64,000 nucleotides of DNA, from NCBI GenBank assembly GCA_050331615.1, contig JBHJGR010000003.1:2515-66514 (forward strand). Direction: 5' to 3'. Source of the DNA: Elainellaceae cyanobacterium (GTDB lineage: Bacteria; Cyanobacteriota; Cyanobacteriia; CAKZMO01). The stretch's first letter is position 1, and the number at the start of each line of letters is the position of its first letter. The notes below the pieces were generated by a model, which was given only the letters and a program-made list of their open reading frames with translations, ran no database searches and was not told the DNA's origin. Shown piece after piece: positions 9,115 through 19,043 of the stretch. Both the position numbers and the translations under genes were made by a program.

Positions 9115-10350
9115 CTAGTCAACCGCATAGAGGTCACGGCCCCGTCCCAGCGCAAACCGCAGGGAATGGGGCACGTCTTTGCTAGACAGGGTGAGAAAGG
9201 CGGCCAGGCCGATGAGAATTAGCCCAGCGAGGCAGCCAAAAATAAAGCGAAAGCCCACCGAGTCGGCAAAGCTGCCCATAATGGGACCCGCGGTGGCAAT
9301 GCCTGCATCGAAGCCCACCATGCACAGGCCGAACATGCGGCCCCGCTCGTTGGGATAGGAGCGATCGGCCATCAGGGCAGCCGTCATGGGGATGATCATG
9401 CCAGCGGCGGCTCCCTGCAGGGTAGCCCCAGCAACAAACAGGACAGCACTGTTGGCTTGGCATAGGATGAGCATGGCCGAGCTGTAGAGGATGAGGCTGA
9501 GGGTAATAAAAAGGCCCCGACCGTAGCGATCTGAGGCGCGACCAATTAGGATACGGACCGAAAAGCTGGCGATCGCCGCTGCCGTGTAAAACAGCCCGAT
9601 GTTCAGATCAACCCCAACAGATTTGATGAATAGAGGCACAAAGGTGCTGATAGTACCAAAGGCGATGCCCACCATCAGCAGCACAAAGGCGGGAATGCGC
9701 ACCCGTTCTGATCCCAGCAGACTCCAAAACTTTTGGTCATTGGCGGAACGGGCCGCCCCGCCTGCACTGGCCATGGGTGACTCCTGGACCCGAGCCGTAC
9801 AAATCAGCCCCAATAGCCCCAGGGCGGTAGCGGCAAGAAAAGCGGGCGTGTAGCCCCCCGACTCCTGCAAAAAGCCTCCCAGGGCCGGTCCTAGGGCCAG
9901 GCCGAGGGGGTTGACCAGGCTCATGTAGCCAATCAATTCCCCCCGGTTCTGGGGCGGAGAAATATCGATGACCAGCGCGCTGTAGGCAGTGGCAAAGGCG
10001 GCAATGCTGATGCCGTGAAATCCTCGAAAGGCCATCAGCAGAGGGATTGATTGAAAGGACAGGTAGCCGAGGGGGGCGAGGGCGATCGCACTCATGCCGA
10101 TGATCAGCACAATCTTCCGCCCCTGCTCGTCGGCCAGCCGCGAAAGCCAGGCTTTCGATAGCAGCAGCCCAATGGCAAAACAGGCCATCACAATCCCTAC
10201 CTGCTGACTGCTGCCTCCAGCATCACGGATATAGAGCGGCAGGGTCGGCAGCATAGAAGCTAGCCCCGACCAAAATAAAAGACCTGCTGTGAATAGAACC
10301 AGCAGGTTAAGTCGCTGTTGCCCGTTCAGCGTGGCGATAATACGTCTCAA
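9115..10350 (-). CDS. MFS-family transporter
   Basis: 411 aa with 12 predicted hydrophobic segments, a typical MFS loop 2-3 region and a conserved GRK motif (DEQGRK). The track start is a TTG with no nearby in-frame ATG, so the exact start is uncertain. Confidence 0.8.
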   Translation of the reverse strand: MRRIIATLNGQQRLNLLVLFTAGLLFWSGLASMLPTLPLYIRDAGGSSQQVGIVMACFAIGLLLSKAWLSRLADEQGRKIVLIIGMSAIALAPLGYLSFQSIPLLMAFRGFHGISIAAFATAYSALVIDISPPQNRGELIGYMSLVNPLGLALGPALGGFLQESGGYTPAFLAATALGLLGLICTARVQESPMASAGGAARSANDQKFWSLLGSERVRIPAFVLLMVGIAFGTISTFVPLFIKSVGVDLNIGLFYTAAAIASFSVRILIGRASDRYGRGLFITLSLILYSSAMLILCQANSAVLFVAGATLQGAAAGMIIPMTAALMADRSYPNERGRMFGLCMVGFDAGIATAGPIMGSFADSVGFRFIFGCLAGLILIGLAAFLTLSSKDVPHSLRFALGRGRDLYAVD

Positions 10351-10587
10351 CCGTCAACCCCCTTTAAATCATGGACTTCTGAGCAACGCCAGAACGGCGA
10401 CACCACTACAACTATGATGCCGAATCTATGGGAGCCTGCCGAGGGCTGACCGGGTGAATTAAGCTGACCGGGTGAATTAAGTAGTTAAGCAAGATTATCT
10501 TCTTGGGGGAGCTTCCCCGCGAGGCGCTCCCCCCAAGCAAGGTAGTCAAAATTGCTCAAGCACTCATGAGTGAATAGAGCCAATAGA

Positions 10588-10821
10588 TTAGAGCGCCTGC
10601 CGGGAGACGTATTTCTCAAAGTCAGCCTGGGTTTGCTGCAGAAGCTGCTCCCGGCTGTCGTCGGCTTTGGTGAGTCGGGGGACGAGATTGCGGGCCTGTA
10701 ACGCCATATGAAGCTGGAGGTGAGCAACGTACTCACTGAAGTCTTCACGGAGTACGGAACTTTGAGCGGCAGAATTGGAGCTTGAAATCAACTTGGGTTT
10801 CCTCTCTAAACGCTGCAACAC
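10588..10821 (-). CDS. Hypothetical small protein (77 aa), weak call
   Basis: ORF with a GTG start and no recognisable motif. It lies in an otherwise gene-free 850-bp gap. Confidence 0.2.
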   Translation of the reverse strand: MLQRLERKPKLISSSNSAAQSSVLREDFSEYVAHLQLHMALQARNLVPRLTKADDSREQLLQQTQADFEKYVSRQAL

Positions 10822-11039
10822 CAGGGTTTACACTGGCTTTTCAAACGTTGCCAACCGTCCTTGAAGGTAACACGCTGCCGTGAATCTACTTGGAAATTCG
10901 CAACGAAGTTTAATGCTTTGGGGTGAGAGCGTAGTGAAATGTAAACGGAAAGAACGCGCTAGCATCGCAGTAGGGAACACTGGCTTAGCGCTATCTTTAA
11001 GCTACATTGAGCTTTTCAGTCCCGTTTGCAGCTCACCCA

Positions 11040-11135
11040 GCTGTAGCGTTACGTTTTCGCGTTAGGACATTCAAGAGGTGTGGAACTCCCGCGACGCGCG
11101 GGTTCCATAATCAACCCTTAGCCCATAGGGCGATA
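11040..11135 (-). repeat. MITE/REP-like ~95-bp multi-hairpin element, copy 1 (reverse orientation)
   Basis: Matches the consensus TAGCCCTACGGGCTAAGGTTTGAGTGTGGAACCCCCGCG-CGCGGGGGTTCCACAC...CCTAACGCGAAAGCGTAGCGCCATA in reverse complement. Confidence 0.85.
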
Positions 11136-11194
11136 CAAGCGAATGGATTATGCGTGCATTGTGTTCTATCCTTATTCTCTAGCTGCTAAATATC

Positions 11195-12154
11195 ATGGTC
11201 AGATTAACGATGCTGCCCATTGGGGCCATGGCACTCTTAGTTGTAGCGTTTTCGACTTACCAAATCTCCTCCGCGTCGTCATCGTCCTTACCAATGGAAG
11301 TTTCCGTTAGGGATGCCCCTAATCGCTTTCCACCCGACGCCCAGGCAGTCCCCAGGGGTCTCAGGGAAGCAAACGTGGTGTATCTAGGAGAAACCCATAA
11401 TCAGCCCGATGACCACGCGGCGCAGTTTAACATCATCCAAAAGCTTTATCAGGAGAATCCTGATTTGGCGATCGCCATGGAGATGTTTCAGCGCCCCTTC
11501 CAGCCTGTCATTGATGATTATCTAGCAGGCCAGATTTCGGCGGCAGAGCTACGGCGACAGAGTGAGTATGACCAGCGCTGGGGCTATCCCTGGAGCTACT
11601 ACGAGCCCATTTTGGAATTTGCCAAAGCGCAGGGGCTGCCGGTCCTTGCAGCCAATACCCCCGCCGAAATTACGCAGCAGGTGGCCCGTGAGGGGCTAGA
11701 CAGCCTCTCCGAGGACGATCTGCAGTGGATTCCGCCGGTTTCGGAAATTCATACCAACAACGATGCCTACCGTGAGTGGATTCGCCAGATCTATCGCGGT
11801 AGCCATCGGGGGCACGGCAACAGCCAGAACTTTAACAATTTTTTCCTGGCTCAGGTGCTTTGGGATGAGACGATGGCGGAGAGCGTCGCCCAGTTTCTCA
11901 TCGAAAATCCCAACCGCCAGGTGGTGGTGCTGGCTGGGCAGGGGCACATCATGTATGGCTACGGCATTCCCAGTCGGGTGGCGCGGCGGGTCGAGTCCAG
12001 TCCCCAGTGGCAGGGGCAGTTTTCCCAGACGACCGTGCTGCTGAACCCGTCTGAGGACAGCCGTGAACAGCGGGAAGCGGAGGATGGCACGGCGATCGCC
12101 GACTATTTTTGGTTCCACACAGCCCCTGAGCGGGAGTCTGGGCGGGAGCCGTAG
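11195..12154 (+). CDS. ChaN-family (Tiki/TraB superfamily, haem-binding-uptake type) lipoprotein-like protein
   Basis: 319 aa with an N-terminal signal/hydrophobic segment. The family motif is VVYLGETHNQPDDH. A CbbY-like gene follows after a 3-nt gap. Confidence 0.65.
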   Translation: MVRLTMLPIGAMALLVVAFSTYQISSASSSSLPMEVSVRDAPNRFPPDAQAVPRGLREANVVYLGETHNQPDDHAAQFNIIQKLYQENPDLAIAMEMFQRPFQPVIDDYLAGQISAAELRRQSEYDQRWGYPWSYYEPILEFAKAQGLPVLAANTPAEITQQVAREGLDSLSEDDLQWIPPVSEIHTNNDAYREWIRQIYRGSHRGHGNSQNFNNFFLAQVLWDETMAESVAQFLIENPNRQVVVLAGQGHIMYGYGIPSRVARRVESSPQWQGQFSQTTVLLNPSEDSREQREAEDGTAIADYFWFHTAPERESGREP

Positions 12155-12157
12155 CCG

Positions 12158-12946
12158 ATGCCGACGCTGCACGCCATCATTTTTGATGTAGACGGTACCC
12201 TGGCCGAAACCGAGCGGGATGGCCATCGGGTGGCGTTCAATCGGGCCTTTGCCGCGGCGCATCTGCCGTGGCACTGGAACGAGGAGCTTTATGGCGAGCT
12301 GTTGACCGTCGCTGGCGGCAAGGAGCGCATTCGCCATTTCATCGACCGCTATAGGAAATCTGCTGATCTAGGCGGCCAACCGCCCCCTGATGTCCCCAAT
12401 TTGGACCGCTTGATCGCCGAACTGCACGCCGCCAAAACCGTCCACTACCGGCAGTTGCTCCAGGCCGGCAAAATTCCCCTGCGGCCAGGGGTGCGGCGGC
12501 TGATGGATGAAGCCCGCCAGCGGGGGATACGGCTGGCGATCGCCACCACCAGTGCTCCAGATAACGCGATCGCCCTGCTGGAAACGGCCCTGGCCCCCGA
12601 TAGTCCTGACTGGTTTGAAGTCATTGCTGCCGGAGACGTGGTGCCTGCCAAAAAGCCCGCTCCCGACATCTACCGCTATGTGCTGACCCAGATGGGGCTG
12701 ACGCCTGACACCTGCCTGGCGATCGAAGACTCACAGCACGGGCTGGCGGCAGCTTCCCAAGCTGGACTTAGGACCGTGGTGACGGTGAATGACTATACCC
12801 GCCAGCAGGACTTTTCCCAGGCCCTGCTGGTGCTGGACCACTTGGGGGATGAGGGTCTGCCCGCAACGGCGATCGCCGGAGATCTGGGCACTGGCACAGC
12901 CCTGACGGTCGATCTGGCACAGCACCTCCTAACTGTCCCACTGTGA
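12158..12946 (+). CDS. cbbY: HAD-superfamily hydrolase, CbbY-like (xylulose-1,5-bisphosphate phosphatase type)
   Basis: 262 aa. It aligns closely with Rhodobacter CbbY (IIFDVDGTLAETERDGHRVAFNRAF...GKERI...RLAIATTS...KKPAPDIY...EDSQHGL). Confidence 0.75.
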   Translation: MPTLHAIIFDVDGTLAETERDGHRVAFNRAFAAAHLPWHWNEELYGELLTVAGGKERIRHFIDRYRKSADLGGQPPPDVPNLDRLIAELHAAKTVHYRQLLQAGKIPLRPGVRRLMDEARQRGIRLAIATTSAPDNAIALLETALAPDSPDWFEVIAAGDVVPAKKPAPDIYRYVLTQMGLTPDTCLAIEDSQHGLAAASQAGLRTVVTVNDYTRQQDFSQALLVLDHLGDEGLPATAIAGDLGTGTALTVDLAQHLLTVPL

Positions 12947-12968
12947 TCCCGTTAGATAGAAGCACGAG

Positions 12969-13072
12969 TATAGCGTTACGCTTTCGCGTTAGGACATTCA
13001 AGAGGTGTGGAACCCCCGCGACGCGCGGGTTCCACACTCAAACCTTAGCCCGTAGGGCTATATACTTGGTGA
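12969..13072 (-). repeat. MITE/REP-like element, copy 2 (reverse orientation), flanked by TA
   Basis: Same family. It begins tatagcgttacgc and ends gtagggctatata. Confidence 0.85.
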
Positions 13073-13094
13073 CAAGAGAACGAGGAGGTCTATC

Positions 13095-13646
13095 ATGAAG
13101 CGGCTGATCACGACCCTCATCCTTGCCGGAGCGCTGGTGGCGACGCCGAAAGCTGCCCATGCCGACCGAGTGATTCGCATCATTCAACACGGTGGCGACC
13201 ACCCACGACACGACGAATATCGCCGCGATCGCGACTATTATCGGGATCACCCCGTTATCCGTCCCCGCCACGGTCTGGACCTGGATCGTCGGGACGTAGT
13301 CATTGTCACGCCATTTCAGATTGGCCCCTTTCCCCAGAGGCGACCTGCTCCCCTACTGGTCTCCCCAACTCCCGTCGCTTCTCAGGCCGGCAGTCCCCGG
13401 TTACTCCACGGTCAGGAGATTTATCCTGTCTACGCCCTAGTCTACGGTCGTAATCAGCTAGAGGGCCGCGAAGGACCGGGAACGGTGTACTCCGTCTTGA
13501 CTCGGTTTGCGCCTGGGCAGTGGGTCACCCTCACCCAGGTGGCAGGCGGGGCCGACGGCTATGACTGGTATCTAGCGGCTTCCCCCTCTGGCCAATATGC
13601 CTGGGTGCGGGGAGACGCGGTCGCAATCTACGTCGACGAAGATTAG
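13095..13646 (+). CDS. Secreted protein with a His/Arg/Asp-rich region and a C-terminal bacterial SH3-like domain
   Basis: 183 aa with a signal peptide (MKRLITTLILAGALVATPKAAHA). A GAGGAGG ribosome-binding site lies 6 nt upstream. The C-terminal GQWVTLTQVAGGADGYDWYLAASPSGQYAWVRGDAVAI resembles SH3b. Confidence 0.55.
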   Translation: MKRLITTLILAGALVATPKAAHADRVIRIIQHGGDHPRHDEYRRDRDYYRDHPVIRPRHGLDLDRRDVVIVTPFQIGPFPQRRPAPLLVSPTPVASQAGSPRLLHGQEIYPVYALVYGRNQLEGREGPGTVYSVLTRFAPGQWVTLTQVAGGADGYDWYLAASPSGQYAWVRGDAVAIYVDED

Positions 13647-13818
13647 GGGCGTTTAGGAAATTTCTGCAAGCGATTCTACCCGACGACGTAGGAGCCAATG
13701 GCCCTTTACCCTTGCCAGCCGTCTACCCGGAGCAACCCACTGCTCAACCCAGACGAGGTTTAGGATAAAGATAGATCGAAGCGATCGATCGACTGTTCTA
13801 AACCCTCTACAAGACTGC

Positions 13819-14661
13819 ATGGATTGGCAAGCAATTTCGGGAAACTGGCTCCTGGTGCCCCCCCGGCCTAGGGCAATCGTTCATTTTTTGGGCGGGGCGT
13901 TTGTCGCCAGCGCGCCCCAAGTTACCTATCGACTGTTGCTGGAGCATCTGGCCCATCAGGGCTATGCGGTGGTGGCGACGCCGTTTGTGAACACGATGGA
14001 TCACGTGGCGATCGCCCGTAGCGTCCTTCTCTCCTTTGAGGGGGGGCTGGACTACCTGCAGGAGCGGGTTCTGCGGCAGCGCTATCTGCCCGTTTATGGC
14101 CTGGGTCACAGCATGGGCTGTAAGCTCCACCTGCTGATTTGCAGTTTGTTTGAGCCGGAACGGGCGGGCAATATCTTCATCTCGTTCAACAACTTTCCGG
14201 CCCGCCGCTCAATTCCGTTCCTGGAGCAGGCCAGCCAGTTCTCGTCGGCGTTTGAGGGCATGCGCCAGTCCTTTCCCCTGCTGAACCAGTTTGCCCAAGT
14301 CTCTCCTATGCTGGATGCAGAATTTGTGCCCTCTCCAGACGAAACCAATCAAATCATTGCCGATCGCTATCCCGTGCGGCGCAATCTGCTCATCAAGTTT
14401 CGCCAGGACGACATTGACCAAACCCTCACCCTGAATGACGTTCTGCAGCTACGGTTTCCTGACCTGACCACGTTTCACATTTTGCCGGGTAGCCACCTCA
14501 CGCCTTTAGGTCAGGACGTGACCTGGCGATCGGGGGACGCATTTTCCCCGATTGATGCCGTTGGCCAGTTCGTGCGTCAGGAGTTCTACCGGGACCTGAA
14601 CCAGCTCAAGCTCCAGGTGCTGCGCTGGCTAGACCCCGTTACGTTTGACCAGAAGCGGTAA
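13819..14661 (+). CDS. Alpha/beta-hydrolase-fold protein (DUF1350-like cyanobacterial/plastid-lineage family)
   Basis: 280 aa with a GxSxG nucleophile elbow (GLGHSMGCKL). The family assignment is from memory. Confidence 0.5.
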   Translation: MDWQAISGNWLLVPPRPRAIVHFLGGAFVASAPQVTYRLLLEHLAHQGYAVVATPFVNTMDHVAIARSVLLSFEGGLDYLQERVLRQRYLPVYGLGHSMGCKLHLLICSLFEPERAGNIFISFNNFPARRSIPFLEQASQFSSAFEGMRQSFPLLNQFAQVSPMLDAEFVPSPDETNQIIADRYPVRRNLLIKFRQDDIDQTLTLNDVLQLRFPDLTTFHILPGSHLTPLGQDVTWRSGDAFSPIDAVGQFVRQEFYRDLNQLKLQVLRWLDPVTFDQKR

Positions 14662-14756
14662 TGCTTTCACTGTACCAAAAAATGTACTAAATTAATAAGG
14701 GTTCACCTTCCCTCAGATGGATTACGGGTATCTTCCTGGACAGGCTGACGATTGCG

Positions 14757-17519
14757 ATGGAAATTCTCTCAGTTACGCTCAAAAACTTTAAGTCCCACGG
14801 CGATCGCCACTTTGCATTCCAGCCGGGCACCAACGCCATTTGCGGGGAAAACGGAGCGGGGAAAACCAGCATTTTAGAGGCGATCGCCTGGGTGCTGTTC
14901 AACTACCGGGGCAACTACCGCAAGGAAGACTTTATTCGCAATGGGGCCAGCAGCGCTCAGGCCACGGTGTCCTTTGTCTCCAGCCGGGATGCTCGCACCT
15001 ATGACATCATGCGCTGCACCAGCCGGGGCTACAGCCTCTTCGATCCCCAACTGGGGCAGCGGCTGCCCTACACGCGCATTGAAGACGAGGTGCTGCCCTG
15101 GCTGCGGCAACATTTAGGAGTCTCCCCCGGCACCGACCTGGAGCGGCTGTTTGAGAATACTATTGGCGTCCCCCAGGGCACCTTTACGGCAGACTTCCTG
15201 CTATCGGCGGAGAAGCGAAAGCAGGTTTTTGACGTTGTCCTCAAGGTGGAAGAATACAAGCAGGTTTACTCCGGGCTGGCTTCGCTGAAGAAGTACGGCG
15301 ACGGGCAGATCGATGCTGTCAAGCGAGACTTGGCCCACTACGAAGAAGCGCTGGCAGACTGGGAAGCCATACAAACCCGTCATCAGCAGCTCCAGCAAAC
15401 TATCCGGCAGGATGAGGCCACACTCACCCAATTGGAGCGGCGGCTCACCCAGCTACAAACTCGACGGGATCAGTTCGCGGCCCAGGCCCAGCGAGCGCAG
15501 CAACTGGAGACCCAACTGCAAACCCTCGCCACCCGAATAACCGGTAAGGAACAGGAGCGATCGCTCCGTGAACAGGCCGTCATCCAGGCCCAGCAAGCGC
15601 TGGAGCGCTGTGCCCAGCATCGCGATGGCTACGAAGCCTATCAGCAGGCGGAGGCAGCCCTGCAAACCCTCGACCAGCAGGCTAAGCAGCAAAAGAAACT
15701 GCTCAAGCGACAGCAAACTCTGCGGGAAACTCTGGCGACCCACGAGGCCAGAGCAGCGGCGCTGCAGATAGAGCGGGATCGCCTCACTCAAATCGAGTCT
15801 ACCCTGGCCAAGCTGGAGCCCCTCCTGGCCCAGCAAGCTGACCTGGAACAGCAGCAGCAGGCTCTAGACCAAGAACTGCAGCAGCTTCACCAGTGTCAGC
15901 TAGAGCTGGAGGCGTCGAACCAACAGCTCCAGCGGCTGCGGCGGGAGTGGAAGCAGCTGGCCCAAGAGATTGAGCGCCTCCAGTCCCTCGCCCCCGTAGT
16001 CGAGACCATCCCAGATTTAGAACAGCAGCGCGATCGCCTCCAGCTCCAGATTAGCCGGGTGGACGCAGCTCAGCAGTTTGAGGCCGAGCTACGGCAGTTG
16101 GCTCTGTCCATAGGGGAAAAGGGCGATCGCCTCCAGGCCCAAGCCCAGGCAGCTCTGAAGGCGCTGCAAGCCATCCAGCCCGCTTTCGGGAAGCAAGAGC
16201 CTGACCCCATCGCGTCTATCGCGGCGGTTCTGGAGTCGGGAGCTGCCCTCAACGCCGAAATGCTCACGGCGCTACAAACCATCCTGGCCGACCTGGCTGA
16301 GCAGGTTTCCGTGCCCAAGCTGAAGCGACAGGTCACCGACCTCAACCGGCAGCTAAAAACGGCCTATCAGCACCGGGCCGACTGGGGCCAACTGGAGGAG
16401 AAGCAGGCCCAGCAGGCCGACCGCCAGCGAGAGGGCGAGCAGATTCAAGTGCGCCTGAAGGAACTCCAGGCCCGGCTCGATACCCAGACAGAGCGGCAGC
16501 AGCAGCGATCGCAGCTTACCCTTGCTCTGGAGAAGCTAGACAATCCTAAAAGCCGCCACCAAATTTTGCAGGCTGAGCTGAAACGGCGGGATCAGGTGCT
16601 AGCCGACCAGCAGCAGCTAGGGGCTGAGGGCGATCGCCTCCGGCAGCAGCTCCAGGACCTGGAAACCCAGCTCCAGCCCTTTGCCGACTTGGACAACCAA
16701 ACGGAGGCCCAGCAAACCCGTCGCCAGACCCACCAGCCCAGCTATCTCATCTACCTGCAAAACCAGCAGGAAGCCGACCAGCTCACCGTCCGTCAGACCG
16801 ATCTGGAGACAGCGCAGCAACAGCTCCAGGAACTCCAGCAGGAGCGGCAGCGGGTGCAGCAGGACTACAGCGAGGCGATCGCCCAATATAGCCCGGAGGA
16901 GCATCGCCAGCTCGACGCCGATTACAATGAGGCCCGCAGCCAAACCGACCAGCTACTGGGTCGATTGCCCCAGCAGCAGCAGACCCTTGCTGAGCTGGAG
17001 GCTACCCTGGCCAAGCTAAAGTCTCTGGCGGATAAGCGCGATCGCGCCCAGGCTGACCTTAAGCATAAGGATCGCATCAAGCGCTTCATTAACTTCGCCC
17101 GCAAGGTCTACAGAGAGGCGGGGCCACGGGTGACTGAGCGCTACGTGCAAACCATCTCGCAGGAAGCGGATCGACTGTTTCGGGAGCTGCTGAATCGCCC
17201 CAATATTGCCCTGGAATGGGCGAGGGATTATGAAATCATCGTCCAAGAGGGGGCGCACCGTCGCCGCTTCATTAACCTGTCCGGCGGTGAGCAGATGTGT
17301 GCGGCTCTGGCCGTGCGGCTGGCGCTGCTGCGGGTGCTAGCCGACATCGATATCGCCTTCTTTGACGAACCCACGACCAATATGGATCGGCCCCGCCGTC
17401 AGAGTTTAGCGGAAGCGATCGCCAACATTCGCACCTTTCACCAGCTTTTCGTCATCAGCCACGACGACACCTTTGAGCAGTTCACCGAAAACGTCGTCCT
17501 GGTAGAGCGGGAAGTTTAG
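14757..17519 (+). CDS. SbcC/Rad50-like SMC-type ATPase
   Basis: 920 aa. It has an N-terminal Walker A (GENGAGKTSILEAI), about 600 aa of Q/E/L/R-rich coiled coil, and a C-terminal ABC signature plus Walker B/D-loop (LSGGEQMCAALAVRLALL...IAFFDEPTTNMD). Confidence 0.85.
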   Translation: MEILSVTLKNFKSHGDRHFAFQPGTNAICGENGAGKTSILEAIAWVLFNYRGNYRKEDFIRNGASSAQATVSFVSSRDARTYDIMRCTSRGYSLFDPQLGQRLPYTRIEDEVLPWLRQHLGVSPGTDLERLFENTIGVPQGTFTADFLLSAEKRKQVFDVVLKVEEYKQVYSGLASLKKYGDGQIDAVKRDLAHYEEALADWEAIQTRHQQLQQTIRQDEATLTQLERRLTQLQTRRDQFAAQAQRAQQLETQLQTLATRITGKEQERSLREQAVIQAQQALERCAQHRDGYEAYQQAEAALQTLDQQAKQQKKLLKRQQTLRETLATHEARAAALQIERDRLTQIESTLAKLEPLLAQQADLEQQQQALDQELQQLHQCQLELEASNQQLQRLRREWKQLAQEIERLQSLAPVVETIPDLEQQRDRLQLQISRVDAAQQFEAELRQLALSIGEKGDRLQAQAQAALKALQAIQPAFGKQEPDPIASIAAVLESGAALNAEMLTALQTILADLAEQVSVPKLKRQVTDLNRQLKTAYQHRADWGQLEEKQAQQADRQREGEQIQVRLKELQARLDTQTERQQQRSQLTLALEKLDNPKSRHQILQAELKRRDQVLADQQQLGAEGDRLRQQLQDLETQLQPFADLDNQTEAQQTRRQTHQPSYLIYLQNQQEADQLTVRQTDLETAQQQLQELQQERQRVQQDYSEAIAQYSPEEHRQLDADYNEARSQTDQLLGRLPQQQQTLAELEATLAKLKSLADKRDRAQADLKHKDRIKRFINFARKVYREAGPRVTERYVQTISQEADRLFRELLNRPNIALEWARDYEIIVQEGAHRRRFINLSGGEQMCAALAVRLALLRVLADIDIAFFDEPTTNMDRPRRQSLAEAIANIRTFHQLFVISHDDTFEQFTENVVLVEREV

Positions 17520-17547
17520 CCTTGCCCGGAGATCTGCCCCAGGGGAG

Positions 17548-17823
17548 CTACAGGGCCTCGATCCAGGCGTGAACATCCCGCTCCGATTTGGACGAAAAGG
17601 AAGTCTGCGTCACTGGGTCGTAAACGTGCCAGATGGCGCGACCATTGATGTCGTAATACTTTGAGATGCGGAGCTGCTGCCGACTGCGGGTGAAAACCTC
17701 CTTCAGAGACAGCCCAACCATCTTAAAGAATGACCAAAACTGGTGAGGGACCGACACCGAGGGCGATAGGTGATACAGTGCCTCCAGCCAGGCGCGATTC
17801 GATGCGTCGTCATACTTTGCCAT
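17548..17823 (-). CDS. Hypothetical protein (about 91 aa)
   Basis: The start was moved to the ATG at 17823 (MAKYDDAS...). This ATG has GAGGGAGG 8 nt upstream, whereas the track TTG start at 17841 contains that Shine-Dalgarno-like sequence itself. The gene is convergent with the SbcC-like gene. Confidence 0.4.
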   Translation of the reverse strand: MAKYDDASNRAWLEALYHLSPSVSVPHQFWSFFKMVGLSLKEVFTRSRQQLRISKYYDINGRAIWHVYDPVTQTSFSSKSERDVHAWIEAL

Positions 17824-17880
17824 AGCCAATGCCTCCCTCAAAATTTCCTCAAAATTTCCTCAAAAGTAAAAATCTAAACA
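17824..17880 (-). promoter_or_regulatory. Three tandem 11-nt units (TTTTGAGGAAA x2, then TTTTGAGGGAGG) immediately upstream of the start codon, each carrying a Shine-Dalgarno-like GAGG
   Basis: On the minus strand it reads TTTTGAGGAAATTTTGAGGAAATTTTGAGGGAGGCATTGGCT-ATG. Confidence 0.5.
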
Positions 17881-18053
17881 GAATTATTCTCTTGGGGGTG
17901 TGCGCCCCCATAAAATACAATTAGCCATCTGAGGATGCACGGATTTGGGTCAGGGACGGACAATCGCCGCTATACCTCTACCCTAAACAGGCTCGTATGC
18001 CCATGCCATCAACAGGTTTAATTGGGGACATGAATAAACTAGATTGATTTGGT

Positions 18054-18152
18054 ATAGCCCTACGGGCTAAGGCTTGAGTGTGGACCCCCCGCGCCGCCGT
18101 GGGGCTACATCTCTTGAATGCCCTAACGCGAAAGCGTAGCGCCATACGAGTG
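18054..18152 (+). repeat. MITE/REP-like element, copy 3
   Basis: tatagccctacgggctaaggcttgagtgtggaccccccgcgccgccgtggggctacatctcttgaatgccctaacgcgaaagcgtagcgccatac. Confidence 0.85.
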
Positions 18153-18172
18153 ACAGAGCGGCAGGTAAGGAC

Positions 18173-18742
18173 TTACCAGGTTTCAGCCTTGCAGGTCGAT
18201 AAAATCCGCTCGTCGTTTGGGCTAATCGTATCCAGCGGCTGGAAGCCAACCAGGCTAACCGATGGTGCATCGCCTGCGGCAGCGGCAATTGGCGCTTCGG
18301 TGTTGAGCGGCACAGAGTAGGGGAAAACTTCCTGCTCGTAGGTCGCCTGCACCATGAGCGAGAGCTGCTCAGACTGGAACTCTCCCCGAAAGCAGTCAAA
18401 CGAGGAGTGGGGCATGTAGAACGCACCGACGGTCCGTCGGCCCGTTACCTCGAAAACCATATACACTGCGCCAATCTGATCGGGCTCAGAGGTTTGTCCG
18501 TAGAGATATACGCCGTCTGGCAGGGGTTGGCGGGGTGGGGCGATCGCCGTTTTTAATATGGAGGTTGCAGTTGAGTTTTGCGCCATCGGCAGTTGGTTGG
18601 CGCTGCCGGAGACAGCCGTGATCCCCAAGCTTCCCAAACCAATGGCCAGGGAAGTGATGCCAACGGTAAAGCGATTAGTGCGATCGCGTCGCAGACTGCG
18701 GAGAGGATGCCGCGACGTACTTTGGGTTTGTTTCTTGTGCAC
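18173..18742 (-). CDS. Hypothetical secreted/membrane-anchored protein
   Basis: 189 aa with a GTG start. An N-terminal basic region is followed by a hydrophobic anchor (FTVGITSLAIGLGSLGITAVSGSA). No family was recognised. Confidence 0.45.
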   Translation of the reverse strand: MHKKQTQSTSRHPLRSLRRDRTNRFTVGITSLAIGLGSLGITAVSGSANQLPMAQNSTATSILKTAIAPPRQPLPDGVYLYGQTSEPDQIGAVYMVFEVTGRRTVGAFYMPHSSFDCFRGEFQSEQLSLMVQATYEQEVFPYSVPLNTEAPIAAAAGDAPSVSLVGFQPLDTISPNDERILSTCKAETW

Positions 18743-18943
18743 CGCCCGGCCTCCTTTACTTCAAAACTAAACAGCTAAACATTGATGAACCTATTTTTAA
18801 CTTTAGCGAATAAGTGATAAGCCCTGAAGCATCAGTTTGAAAGACTTTACACATCTTTGAGGTTAGCCATCCAGGCTGGTCCACGTATCAACCAGTAGAT
18901 AAAGATCCAGCTTCTTGTGGGAAAATTACGGATAAGGCAGGAA

Positions 18944-19043
18944 ATAAATAAGTAGGTCGGCACAATTAAATTCAGGTTAGAAAACCGGGGCGCTCCCCCG
19001 GTTTTCTAACCTTCGTTTTTCAACGCAGTTCTACTTAAACGAT
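18944..19043 (+). repeat. ~100-bp element with internal 15-bp-stem hairpin GTTAGAAAACCGGGG-CGCTC-CCCCGGTTTTCTAAC; copy A of an inverted pair
   Basis: It is about 95% identical to the reverse complement of 35376..35470. Confidence 0.85.
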
